In this document: piece by piece, positions 13,270-25,770 of the stretch
How the letters are laid out: each line of letters opens with the position of its first letter
Numbering within the stretch: position 1 is the first letter of the stretch
Assembly: GCF_006345805.1 (NCBI RefSeq)
Contig: NC_043002.1
Span: forward strand, 5,580,001 to 5,644,000
Direction of reading: 5' to 3'
Length of the DNA stretch: 64,000 nt
From: Octopus sinensis
Taxonomy: Eukaryota
Made by a program: the position numbers and the translations under genes
The notes under the pieces: generated by a model
The model's database searches: none
The model's input: the letters and a program-made list of their open reading frames with translations, nothing else
What the model was told of the DNA's origin: nothing

Positions 13270-13680
13270 TGCTTAACTGTATTTCGTCTGTTCTTACGAT
13301 TTTTGCGTTCGAATTTCGCCGAGGTCGGCTCTGATGTACAAATTATTTCATTAATTTTTTTAACTAAACACTTTCAAACTTCCGATACTGGTAGATTGTG
13401 TCACATAGAACAGGGTTTACTCTTAACGCTTTTGAAAATATTTCGTATTTTAGAAGCGGTATTTCGTCTGTCTTTACGTTCTGAATTCAAATTCCGTCGA
13501 GGTCGAGTTTGCTTTCATCCATTTTGGATCTATTCAATTAGACGTACAGATTATTTAATTGATTTTTTTTAACTAAACACTTTCAAACTTCCGATATTGG
13601 TAGAATGTGTTACATAGAACAGGGTTTACTCTTAACGCTTTGGACAAAACTTTGTATTTTAGAAGCTATTTCGTTTGAAG
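13270..13680 (+). repeat. Two tandem units of about 180-210 bp (SINE-3 head fragment plus shared segment)
   Basis: TAACTAAACACTTTCAAACTTCCGAT...CTTAACGCTTT at 13361 and 13570; GTATTTCGTCTG at 13279 and 13459. Confidence 0.8.
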
Positions 13681-13691
13681 TTACAGAGTGA

Positions 13692-14667
13692 CGATGGACA
13701 AATTCGTGTTTGATAAGTGCCAATACACGAAACTCTCAGCTTTTGACTTACTCTCTAACTTCTGCCGATGATGTATATATACATATTACATATATGTGTA
13801 AAAGAATCTCATCATGCAATCGAACTAATGAAATAGCCTCTTCCTGGTCATTCGACACGCTAAAAATAGCAGCTAAAGTAACCCCCTACCAAAATCATGC
13901 GCTCAAATATTCTTTATCATAATCAAAACACTGTCGCAAATTTAAAAAGGATAATTGTGGAAGATTTAATGATGGAATTCAACGATGTGCTCAAGAATTT
14001 TGGAAAGAAATTTCTCTTCGTTTTGAAATGGAATTTCAACAAAAGTTTACATTCATCAAATATGACACTGCTAGACGCATTTGATTGCATCAACATACTT
14101 GCAACATCTTTTATAAATGAAATTTGCAACTGCAATACAACTCCTGGTTGTGGTAGACAATCACAACTACCTGAAAGAAGAATTGTTTTTGCAACCAACG
14201 AATGGTCCTCAACAATTTAAAATTTTGATTACTAACACCACAACATATTCACTTACAAAAAGTTGTGAAACATGTTCACTCAATACTAAACATGAAATTA
14301 CTTCCAGAATTGAATTTCATCCTGAATTCAAATATCTTGTTATTCAAATTAATAGATTTTTTTAATTAATCAAAATATTAATTTGGAAGAAAGTATCAAA
14401 TGTGATATAATGAACTTCAGTTCAGAAACGCAGCAAATAATTGGCATAAATTTTACTCTAAAAGCCACAGTTGATCATAGAGGACCAACATCTAGAGCAG
14501 GTCATTATACCACACTGATTAAAACTGGAGATGATAATTGGCATGAAATCAGGGACAACATCATTACAAAAAGACATACTAAATTTCCTCCCAAATTGCC
14601 TGACATTGTTTTATATTTATGGAGAAAATGTAAAAAAATTAAAATGCAAAATTCAGAGGAATTGTAA
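13692..14667 (+). pseudogene. Decayed intronless USP (peptidase C19)-like domain
   Basis: TNSCLISA (Cys 13707-13709), FNDGIQRCAQEFW (13965-14003), CETC...YLVIQINRF, LKATVDHRGPTSRAGHYTT...WHEIRDNII (His 14503, Asp 14554), IVLYLWRK, all in canonical order; several stops and frameshifts. Confidence 0.75.
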
Positions 14668-14789
14668 CTAAAAATTAAATTTAAAACGTAGATTGTATGA
14701 TTATTGTAATGATTTTTTTAGGAACAAAATTCATAAATAAAAAAAAATCAACAAGAACATTTTCTGTATGTGTCAACATTTCGTTCACC

Positions 14790-15925
14790 GCATTCAGTTC
14801 TCAGGATACAGCCATAGATAAAGGATCAGAGTATACAAAGGATCCACGAGGAAATTTGAAACTATCATACGTAACGATAGGAATGGGATTTGCCCACTCT
14901 ATAGGAGCAAGTCATGGAACACTATTGAAAGGACTAAGAAGAAAATAGGGAAGGCCAACTCATGGTATGATAGCCAAAAATATTAGAGTGTCATGTTCAT
15001 CGACACCACCCCTAGAGGCAAACAGGCGTACCGCTTTAGAAGGGCCCTAGACAAACCTAAGCTAAGAATTAAGGTTGTTGAAAGGTCAGGCAACTCCATC
15101 AAATCCCTAATCTGTAGAAGCTACCCTTTTAGTAGAACCCCCTGTACTGATAGGAACTGTACAGTATATAGATTTAGCCCACAAACTGTAAAGCCAGGAA
15201 TGTAGTCTATAGTATAAGATTACAGAGGGACGGTGAAGTAACAAGACAACGACGTACGTAGGGGAAATAGCACGGACCATAGGAGAGCGGGTAAATGAGC
15301 ATTGGGGAAAATAGCTCATCGGTTCTGTACCAGCATGCCGAGCAAGAACAGGGGGCTCGCTCAGCAACATAGAAGTTAAAATCATGTCTACACATAGAAC
15401 AGACGCAACAATCAGACAAATTACAGAAGCTACACACATAATAGAAGATAAAGCTAGCCTGAATAGGAAACTAGAATGGAACACTAGCACACACCCCAAC
15501 ACACCACACGCTATGACAGAATAAGATCCCCATAAACTGATAACGATATGAATACAATACAATACACAGATAAGCAAATTAATTAAATAACTATATACAT
15601 TAACAAAATAAATTAAATTAAATACAAAAAAAGGAAGAATAGAAAAAATAAGTAGATATAAACACATGAAAAAAATAAATAAAAAGAAATTAAACGAACG
15701 TGTATAGACAGTGGATTCTGATAATACAAGCACATTCCCACCCTCCCCACTCACACTCTTACTAAAAACATAGACACACACAGAGGTATACGCATGCGTA
15801 AATAAAGACACATACAATAGGAATACAAAAAGGCTGATCATTAGTAAGGAAAGACACAAAAAAGAAAGAAGAAAGCAAAGGACCACTGATGATGTCACAG
15901 AAGTGTGACGAAAGAACTCCGGCCG
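14790..15925 (+). mobile_element. Penelope-like element 3' part: thumb/linker + GIY-YIG endonuclease + 3' pLTR
   Basis: IQFSGYS, GICPLYRSKSWN, VMFIDTTP, KVVERSG, NCKARNVVY, YVGEIARTIGERVNEH, RQITEA, LNRKLEW across frameshifts; hammerhead motif near the end. Confidence 0.82.
15881..15925 (+). ncRNA. Type-I hammerhead ribozyme motif (PLE pLTR)
   Basis: CTGATGA (15886-15892), T, GTCAC-AGAAGT-GTGAC, GAAA G AA CTC; stem I only partly paired. Confidence 0.6.
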
Positions 15926-16128
15926 AAATACGATTAATATAAAATAAAGCCGAAGCAAATGAACACCAGAATTATAGTGCGTGTGTTTTTATTAGCAACA
16001 TGACCATCCCCAACTACAACAGTATATATATATATATATGTGTATGTATATATATATATATACACACGCACGAGTGAGTGGACAAACGAAAGAAAGGCAC
16101 TCAATCAATTTATCGGGAGTTACATGTT

Positions 16129-16256
16129 TGGATCAAAACAGTTTGATTCAAATTCGTTGATACTCTTGAACTGTCTTAGACACATAAATATATGAATATG
16201 CGAATGATTGCTTGAAATTCAAGAGTACCAATGAATTTGAGTCAAACTGTTTTGAT

Positions 16257-16259
<3 letters not shown>
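16129..16259. repeat. Hairpin, 42-bp arms, 47-nt loop
   Basis: 16129-16170 versus 16218-16259, three differences, two compatible with G-U pairs. Confidence 0.9.
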
Positions 16260-16352
<93 letters not shown>

Positions 16353-17344
16353 GGTGGTGCTCCAGCATGGCTGAAACGGATAAAGGAGTAAAAGAACATG
16401 CGTATGTGTACGTGTTTATATATATATATATATGAGAGTGAGAGAGAAAGAGAGAGAGTATAGGACAGAAAACTCATAGAGAAGAAAACGTGTGTGTGAG
16501 CAGGCGCGCACGTACGAGCGTGTATGTGTGTATGTGTATCTCCAATACGCATTCGTGGGTGTGATTATATGCATTTTTGATAATCTGTACGCTTGTATTT
16601 GTGAGTATGTGCATGTGAATGCCAAACTCACTCTGAGTGCAAATTTGCATGTCTATGAGTATGTCGGAGAGTAAAATATGGGAAATCAAAAGAATAGTGA
16701 TTACATATGGTTGCGTTAGTGTGAGTGTATGTGCGTATCATTGTGTGTGCGTGTGCGCGTACCTGTATGAATGTGTGTGGGGGAGGAGGGTGTGTATGTC
16801 GCTGAGCAATCATTCCCATATTCATGTATCCAAGTCATTTCATATTTGTGAGTGAAAGAAAGAAAAATGGAGACGGAATACGTGTGTATACACTCGTATA
16901 TGAGCAAAAATGTCGAAGAGGATTGTGTGTATGTGTGTGTGTGTGTGCAAGTTGCGTGCGCGCCTATGAGAATTAAAACACTTCTCCTTTGAGAACTGTT
17001 AAATTCCAGATAAAACACTTAAGACATTTGATCTCACACAGAGATTTTCAATGTTGCCAACACTTTGAGTGAAATAAGCGAATTATCTTGACCTGGTTTC
17101 CTTCTTTTGCTGAGATTTGACCCCTATCAAATCCACAGCAAACCGCGATATCTAACATTTCAGCAAAAAAGCCAAAAATATTTCGAGGCCAGATCTCTTC
17201 TGATTTCATGTATTGTATTCCTACATAAATATATACATCCATCCATCCAGCCAGCCAGCCAGCCAGCCATCCGCACATACATACAGACAGACAGACAGAC
17301 ATACAGACAGACAGACAGACAGACATACAGACAGACAGACAGAC

Positions 17345-17404
<60 letters not shown>

Positions 17405-17683
17405 GATAGATAGATAGATTGAAGTTTCCAACAAATATATTTCTTATCTTTCTCTGTCTTACTCTGCCTCTCTGTTTCTCCCTTTCTTTCTTTCCTTCTT
17501 TCTCTCTCTTTCTCTCTCCATCCCTCCCTCTCTCTCTCTCTCTCTCTTTCTCTCTCTTACACACACAACACGAGATGACCGCAGGTCGAAACACAGTGGG
17601 CCCGGTTAAAGGATAAGTCAACATCAATACATGTGCCATGTATACACACCCACGTTTGTTTTATATGTGTATGTGTGTATATA

Positions 17684-17763
<80 letters not shown>

Positions 17764-17959
17764 CTTCAAATATATATATAGGTTACTTTGCCTTAAACTC
17801 CTCATATGCCATATATATATATATAGTTTCAGATTAAGAAATATATTTTTTTTTAAATAAAGTATTCTTTTGTATTTGATCATTTTCATCTTATATTTTT
17901 GCAAAAGGGGGTAATTTTAAATTGTTGTCTATTTTAAATGTTAAGTATTTAAAAGTCGA

Positions 17960-18560
17960 CTTTCCTTTGTTTAGTTTTGGATTTAGAATTCTTACAAAGT
18001 ATTCTTCTTTTGCCAAATGTAGTTGATTATTTTCATCTTTAATTTTGGAAAATATTAAAATTTTTCCATTTGCACAAATGTCTAGAAGTTTCCTATCAGG
18101 AACATTTCTTAGAGATGAATCTTTGATTTTTTGTTTATGCACGTTTACACGGTTGGATAGTTTTCTCCCTTTTTCTCCAATGTAATTCTCACTGTTTGTG
18201 GGCTTGCCATGCAAGTACATGAGATTTCTTGTTTTGCAATTTATGTTTGCATTCACTTTCAGTTCCCTCCCTCTTTTGAATCTTTTGGCTGTTCCTTGCT
18301 CAATTATTTCACATGTCCCACAACAAAGGTTTCCACATTTTGTTGCTTGCATTATTTTCCTCCGATGTGAATCTCGCTTCTGTTAAAAGTCTCTTGAAAT
18401 TTGGTGGTTGTCTTCAGCTGTTGATAATTTCTGATTTTTTAAAATTATTTGTTGGAGATTTGACGATTGATGTGGGATTAAGAAGCATCGTTTGGCTGAA
18501 TGTAGAATGTTGGGGATCCTAGGATTATGGGAGACTACAAATGGAATAGCATTTATTTTT
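17960..18560 (-). mobile_element. Penelope-like element remnant (linker + GIY-YIG)
   Basis: IPFVVSHNPRIPNI, RQPPNFKRLL, KCGNLCCGTC, NINCKTRNLMY, YIGEKGRKLSNRVNVH, LNPKLN. Confidence 0.8.
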
Positions 18561-18944
18561 ATTTTCGTTTGGAATAGTACTTGTATGTATGTATGTATGT
18601 ATGTATGTATGTATGTAGGTAGGTATGTATGTATGTATGTAGGTATGTATGTATGTATGTATGTGCGTGTGTATACATGTATGTTTGTATGTATGTATGT
18701 ATGTATGTATGTATGTATGTATGTATGTATGTATGTTGTATGTATGTGTGTATGTATGTGTGTATTGTAGTATGATGCTACAGTATAAGTATTTCTAATA
18801 TGGAAAGAAGACCGCACCTACGGCTAAGGCCAGGTCGATAATAATCCTACATATAAAACTTACACAGAAACCGTGGAGAAACATCTTCAAGGTGAGATTT
18901 TATGTATCCCAGAATTCCTTTAAATACAAATACCCGGAAAACAG

Positions 18945-19273
18945 AGCAGCCAACTGGCTTCCGTGCCAGTGGCACGTAAAAGGGCACCATTCGAGCGTGA
19001 TCGTTACCAACGTCGCTTCACCTGTGCTAGTGGCACGTGTAAAAAGATTCGAGCGAGGTCATTGCCAGTACCGCCTGAGTGGCCCCCGTGCTGGTGGCAC
19101 GTAAAAAGCACCCACTACACTCTCGGAGTGGTTGGCGTTAGGAAGGGCATCCAGCTGTAGAAACTCTGCCATATCAAGATTGGAGCCTGGTGCAGCCATC
19201 TGGTTCGCCAGCCCTCAGTCAAATCGTCCAACCCACGCTAGCATGGAAAGCAGACGTTAAACGATGATGATGA
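18945..19273 (+). mobile_element. SINE/LINE-tail repeat with three internal GGCACGT repeats and (GAT)n tail
   Basis: GGCGTTAGGAAGGGCATCCAGCTGTAGAAAC resembles RTE-type tails; ends AAACGATGATGATGA. Confidence 0.6.
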
Positions 19274-20699
19274 GGTGTGGCATTTGAAAGGAAATGGTTC
19301 TGACTCTTACAAAATCCAATAATCTATCTAGGAAAGAGCAAGCCCATACAGGCATGCACCGCATGGGAATACGTGTCACTACATGAGCAATATTTTGACC
19401 TCGGCCTTCAGCCGCAAGTCTCAGTTATTGAACTGTTGTTGGGATTTTTCGAAGTTTCTGATTTCAACGCCTTTGTTATCGAACGATTAATATATTGATC
19501 TATTATATATTGCCATTTCTGATTTTACTTACGTTTCACTGTTTCTGCCATAACTTCGAATGTCATGGACGTATTTTGCTAGGTTTTGTAATTTTGAATT
19601 CAAATCCTTTCTTTCCGACTTTCGCATTCGATCCAAATAAAATTTTATAAGAATTTGTTGATGTTATCTTCATGCTTTTACACTTAATATGGCCTTGTAT
19701 CGACTATGATGTATGTTATACACTCTTTTATTATATTATATCATTGTACTTTATTTTATTACTATTTTTTTTAATTACCACTCATACTCTGAATTAATAG
19801 AATTTTTTTTTACATATCCCCAGATACATTTTTTTGTGTCCTTACATATTTCGGAATTGGATTGCTTCCGTTTTATTTTGATCGGCCTATTTTCTGTGTC
19901 TGCGGGTTGTTGTTTTTTTCCTCCCCCGCTTCCTTTAGTAATAATATCTTTAGATCTCTCGCTGTCTGATTCCTCAATATAATTCATGCTTTCCAATCGC
20001 TTTTCTCTCACCAATGTTTTCTACTTGTTTATCCATATTAGATACAAATTCTTTAACATAATTTCTAGTATCTTCTAACTCGGCCGCCATCTTTTTTATT
20101 TCTTTCCTCTTTTCCTTCCTTTTTGTCTTCAACGTTTTCTTTTCTGTCCTGCCTGCTATGGACCCTCCGCTTTCTTTTCTTTACAGCAAGCTTATGAATT
20201 TATTTATATATTTATTTGTTTCTTTTTCGCGATACTCATTTGCCATTGTCTGAATTTTTCATTTTAATATCTATTTTTCCGGCATACTTTTTTTCTAAAC
20301 TTATTTGATTTCTATACAATTTCCTTTGCTGAAATTATTATACATGTTTCCATATCATTCGATTTACATTTTATTTTCGACTGTTTGTTTTCATCTGATA
20401 GATTCTTGTTATTTCGAAAAGTAACAAATCCCTGTCCAAACATTTTAAAATGTTTATATTTGATGAGTTACTAAGTAATTATTATTGCACCATATTTCAA
20501 CACCTAAAAACCATCAAATTGTTAAAAAAAAAACTCTTGACTGTCTGATGATCAGTTACATGGAACAATGAGTAACAGTGTCTAAATTTGTTTTTAAACT
20601 TTAAATATGATTACATATGTTTTGATTATGGAACAGCGATCGTATGTAGTAACACACAATGGTTACGTATAGATCAGTAATTATAAAAGATGATCACAA

Positions 20700-20880
20700 T
20701 CATAAAAACCGTGTGGTACAATCCTCCATTATCGACAAACGTCAAAAAACGAATATCTCAACATGTTAAAAGGTCAAGTTCCTCCACAACACGAGGGCAG
20801 AAACATTTTGATTACAACATAGTATTACGAACTTCGTCAGCACAGCAAAATCCATGGATAATTACAAAAATATTAATAAA
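20700..20880 (+). mobile_element. Short PLE-like remnant
   Basis: KTVWYNPPLSTNVK resembles the WFNPP(F/Y)S.NV PLE linker motif; heavily decayed. Confidence 0.4.
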
Positions 20881-20894
20881 GAATTATTAAATAA

Positions 20895-21289
20895 CTAGCA
20901 GTATCGCCCGGCGTTGCTCGGGTTTGTAAGGGAAATAACTATATAAGCATTTTTAGAGATGTAAAGTATAATAGCCATCTCAATATGGCTAACCACAAAG
21001 TAGGGGTGTTACTGTAGCTTTTTACGTTCTGAGGTTTAATAATACATTTTTAGAGAGTTACTTCCCTTATATATGCCAAAAATGCATTAAAAATGGGAAA
21101 AATTGATGGTAAATTTTTTTTTAATGGTAGGCTCATCGTAGACGCGCGCTAATACCCAGAAGGGCTCGATATGAATCACGACTATAAGATACCCGGTTTT
21201 GGTTAAACTGCACCGCAAAATGTGGGAGTAGTTAGGAATCTAAATCGTAGGAGACAGACAGCACACAACCTCACTTTTATATATAAAGA
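20895..21289 (-). mobile_element. Non-autonomous Helitron-like element
   Basis: Minus strand A|TCTTTATATATAAAAG ... CCCGAGCAACGCCGGG hairpin ... CTAG|T; second copy at 56388-56691. Confidence 0.75.
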
Positions 21290-21870
21290 TATGAATACAG
21301 CTGAGAACAGAAATGCAATTTTCTCTCCTATAGTGTATGCTCAGGCTACGGGAATTGCTTTAAGAAATGTTACATATTTAACCACTATCATATCAAATAT
21401 TTACTAAATTAGCATTTAAGAGCCTACGCCATCTGCATTAAAAAAATGAGAAACCATACTAATTAGAAACTATACTAATTTACAAAGCTACCATATAGAA
21501 TTCATTTTTAATGCCTTCACAAGCGAAGGCATCTACTAAAATATCTTTGGGGCATTCTAATTATATATAGTAGCACATATACCCTTTTAATTAATTTTCG
21601 TCTTTTGTTTAAAAGCGTCTACATTCTCTTAAAATAGTGTTCTTCATTAAACTGAATTAATAGAATTAGCTGAAATTCTTACTATTAAGTTTAGGAAAAT
21701 AATATAACTGTTTCAATAATGCTTTAATAATGTTTTAATAATAAAAAAGTTACTATTACCCAGGCATTCCATTTCATGTCTATTTTCTACTTATTTTCTA
21801 TTCTAAATGCAATCCAGGGGAAAAACTGATTCAATGGAAGTGGGCCACACTTGCTTATAAGGTTTATAAG

Positions 21871-22142
21871 TGTTGTGATGAGAGTTACGACGTTCCCTTT
21901 CGAGAGATAGACTGGTCCGAATAAAGTATATATAGTAATGATATGTAGGAGTTCAGTTCAAAAGTTCAGTGTTCCAATTTCGTGTTAGTTCGCAGTGAAG
22001 TCGGAAGGTGTCGGTTGGTCAGTTCACAAGGAATATTGATTGTTGGTTCGTAAAGAGATTTGTTAGTTCGTTATATTGTTTTTACTGTTGTCTGGTTATT
22101 TTACTTGTATTAACAAATTATGTGACGACATCTGGCGATGAG
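21871..22142 (+). mobile_element. Possible LTR (21871-22130) with PBS-like site
   Basis: TGTTGTGA...TGACGACA ends, then TC TGGCGATGAG resembling the Gypsy TGGCGACGAG PBS. Confidence 0.45.
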
Positions 22143-22262
22143 TGCTTCGAAGCTCACGAGGTTATTTTACAATTTGTTCGTGACACAACTTGTTAAATGA
22201 TGGAAGGCACATTAGCTCCCATAGTACAGTTGCAAAAGCAACAACAAGAGCAGCAATAAGAT

Positions 22263-22650
22263 GAAGAGCAATCGCCCAATGGTTAGGGTAGCGGACTCGC
22301 GGTCGGAGGATCGCGGTTTCGATTCCCAGACCGGGCGTTGTGTATGTTTATTGAGCGAAAACACCTAAAGCTCCACGTAGCTCCGCCAGGGGGTGGTGGT
22401 GGTGACCCCTGTTGTACTCTTTCGCTCCAACTTTCTCTCACTCTTTCTTCCTGTTTCTTGTCCCCGACTTCCTACGCAACCGCTGAGCCTTGATGCGCAT
22501 TCAGCCATCCGTCGATGCTCTCGGTGTCGGGGGTTGACCTGCTTTCTCTTCTGCGGATCTTACGAATAGCAAAGGACCACGTTTCGGACTTCTCCCACTA
22601 ATGGGACGAAGACCGCTTCGCTCAACAAACAAACAAACAAACAAACAAAG
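22263..22650 (+). mobile_element. tRNA-headed SINE (family 1, CAA tail)
   Basis: Homologous to 850-1186 and 30920-31306. Confidence 0.85.
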
Positions 22651-23673
22651 CAACAACAAGAGTAGCAACAGGAGTTGCAGAATCAACTATTACAGCAACA
22701 ACTACAACAACAACAATTATTGAAGTAAGATATACTTGTGTTATTTGAAATAGGGTATCCAGAAGGGATATCTCCGGGCGAATACCTCGGTTAATTTGGC
22801 TTTTCGTGATGTATTTGCATATTTGCATCGTGTGATACACAGATGACTCTCTCTTTCTTATCTGTTTGCTCTCTCTCTTTCTCTCTCCCCCCCTCTCTCT
22901 CTCTCTCTTGTAGCTGCAGTAGATTAACAAGTAAATATATACGGATAGCCAATACAAGTACATTTTAGCCTTTATACCAGCGAACGCGGACACAAGTATA
23001 TATATGTGTGTGTGTGTGTCTGTGTGTAGTTTCGACATGTGTATATATCATACTAAATCTATCAACGGTATCTTTTAATATTTAATGTTATATAGATGGT
23101 CATTATAATCTAATGCTGTTTCAAAACCTAAGACAATGTGGGAATACCTTCTTAAGATTTAGTTTCCATCCATCGTGTGTTGTTTTATTTGCATCGGCAA
23201 ATGGCTTTGTTGGGAACTCATCGAAGTAATGGAGGTACTCTGCTTTGGATGTAACATTTTGTGGATGCCTATTCTAGGTTGCTCCTGAGATATGCATCTA
23301 AATACACTTAAAAGTCTCGTGGGAAATATTTAAAGAGAAAAGTATGGCATTTATCTCAGGATCATTTTAAGCTAACGAAAGTAATTCTATGTGGTTCATT
23401 TTACTTTTAATTTGAAATTAAACCACGCGGAAACAATCTAAACCATTAACATATTTATTCTTTGCAGCGCCGTTAAATATTTTAACCATTGCAATAATTA
23501 ATTAGATTTTAATTTTTATTCAGTCCTGTGATGTATTAAAATTCATTTATGCTTCTTTACGACTGTCAAATTATGTTGCGTAAGGTGTCTAATTATAACA
23601 AAATGCGATAATTTGCTTATTTTCAGTATTTCAGTTCTATTTAGACAAACAAGACATTTTAAAAGACGTTTAA

Positions 23674-23705
<32 letters not shown>

Positions 23706-23720
23706 TATATATATTATATA

Positions 23721-23773
<53 letters not shown>

Positions 23774-24920
23774 GTATATATATATACATACATACATACA
23801 TACATATATATATATATATACATACATACATACAACATACATACATATATATATATTATATATATATATATATATTATATATATATATTATATATATATA
23901 TAATATATATATATATTCTTTTACTAGTTTCAGTCATTTGAATGCAGCCATGCTGGAGTACAGCCTTGTGGAGATTTAGTCGAACAAATTACCTCAGGAC
24001 TTATTCTTTGTAAGCCTAGCACTTATTCTATTTTGTCTGCCGCTACGTTCTGAGTTCAAATACCGCCGAGGTCGACTTTGCCTTTCATCCTTTTAGGGGC
24101 GACAAAATAAGTACCAGTTGAAGACTGGGGTCGATGTAATCGACTTACCCCTCCCCTGAATCTGCTGGTCTTGTGCCAAAATTTCAAACTATTAGTATAA
24201 TTATTATTTTGCGTAACCATATTTTAATGTAACTTTTCATACTGGGGTAGCGGAATAAGTGTTCGCCACAGAGCTAGGAGATAAATAAATAACACTCCCA
24301 GTTAAACATTCGCGAAAAGCAAAATAGTATTACACAAAAAAAAATAAAAGGCTGACAACAGCAGACATACTTGAAGAAAAACTAGTAACTTATGACATAT
24401 TACGGTGATAATATTAACTAAAACATATGCAATTAAAAGATAAACAACAGTAAGGTTGATAAGGACGCATACATGTAGCCAAGCGAGGGTGGAAGTAGTT
24501 TTACAAAAATTGCTTCAAACCAGGAGATTCTCAATACAGGCGCTCCAAACCGAAACGGAATTGTAGCCATCTGTCTACTTTGCCCAAGAACTTATTCTGT
24601 AGCGGATATGGAAAAAGCTAGTGTATTTCGGCTTCACGAAAGAAAAGGGTTTCCTAATATTAACAAGAGAGTTTAATGGAGGTACTAGCCGATGTTCAAA
24701 AAACCGGCGTTTTATTCATCCACCGGGGTTCGAGGGTTACGGTACCGTCTACCTGATAGTGAGAGGAACACAACTTTAGGGAGAAATACTTGTTAAATAT
24801 CTTCGTGTCTATATAATTTTGTCTCGTTTATCCCCCATATTTTGTAAACTTCTATCCGTTTACGTTTTTCTGTTCTGTAGGCAAATAAAGAAAAAAAAAT
24901 CATCATCGTCATCGTCATCG

Positions 24921-24954
<34 letters not shown>

Positions 24955-25386
24955 CATCATCATCGTCATCGTCATCGTCATCGTCATCATCATCATCATC
25001 CTCCTCATCCTCCTCATCCTCATCATCATCCTTCATTTGATCCGATTCGGCTTTGAAAGAAGAAACGTATAATGAAAGGTATTTCAGGCATAAGACTGGA
25101 ATGCATTATTCAATTTATCTTGTTTCTTTTTTCAAGACGCGTAGGCCTGTTTTGAGCATAATTAAGGTCACTATTTCTGGAAGACCGATCAACCACGAGG
25201 TTGCAAAACGGGAGACGGAAGATCGCACGGTAAGAATTATTCAATGCACTGTCACAGAATATCAAAACTACAAAATATATTATTTGGTGTCGAGGGCATT
25301 GATTGTCTTTTCAGAAAAGTTCTTCCTTTCTCCAATCATTTTACTGCATTAAAAAAAAAACTTTTGATTTATATTTGGTATCTAGA

Positions 25387-25770
25387 GTTACACAAATACT
25401 AGAACTGGGCGCCACTGCATAGTGCCAAGGACTCCAAATTTGCCATCAAGATGTAGGACAAGATACTGCGATAACCTGGGCTTCAGCGGTCCACAGCTTT
25501 TCAATATCCTCCCGAAGGACCTGAGAAACCTGCATGGGGTGGGTGCAGATGTCTTCAAAATAAAGCTGGACCTCTTCCTGTCAGGTGTCTCAGATGAACC
25601 AACTTCACGACAGGAAGTGCAAATGAGGGCAGCTGCATCAAACTCTCATGCACCAAATGTCAATTGCTAAAAAGCATTCGTGAAGTAAAATCATGTAGCA
25701 ACACCGAATGGCGGTGCCCCAGCATGGCCACAGCTCGTGAGCTGAAACTAGATGAAATGAAAAAAATGAA
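25387..25770 (+). mobile_element. CR1/L2-type LINE 3' end
   Basis: TGRHCIVP...RTRYCDNLGFSGPQLFNILPKDLRN...FKIKLDLFLSGVSDEP, then 3'UTR and (GAAAT)-like tail. Confidence 0.8.

Noticed and set aside
15107-15958. 283-aa hydrophobic minus-strand ORF
   Set aside because: Antisense of the A-rich PLE 3' region; no domain motifs.
17557-17610. GAGAT-GACC-GCA-GGTC-GAAAC as a hammerhead
   Set aside because: Core 5' half (CACGAGA) does not match CUGANGA; no stem I or III.
19400-20520. Possible N-terminal PLE ORF remnant on the minus strand
   Set aside because: Lys-rich fragmented frames without a diagnostic motif.
24898-25032. Poly-Asp/Glu coding tract on the minus strand
   Set aside because: Short frame closed by a stop, no splice support; trinucleotide slippage explains it.
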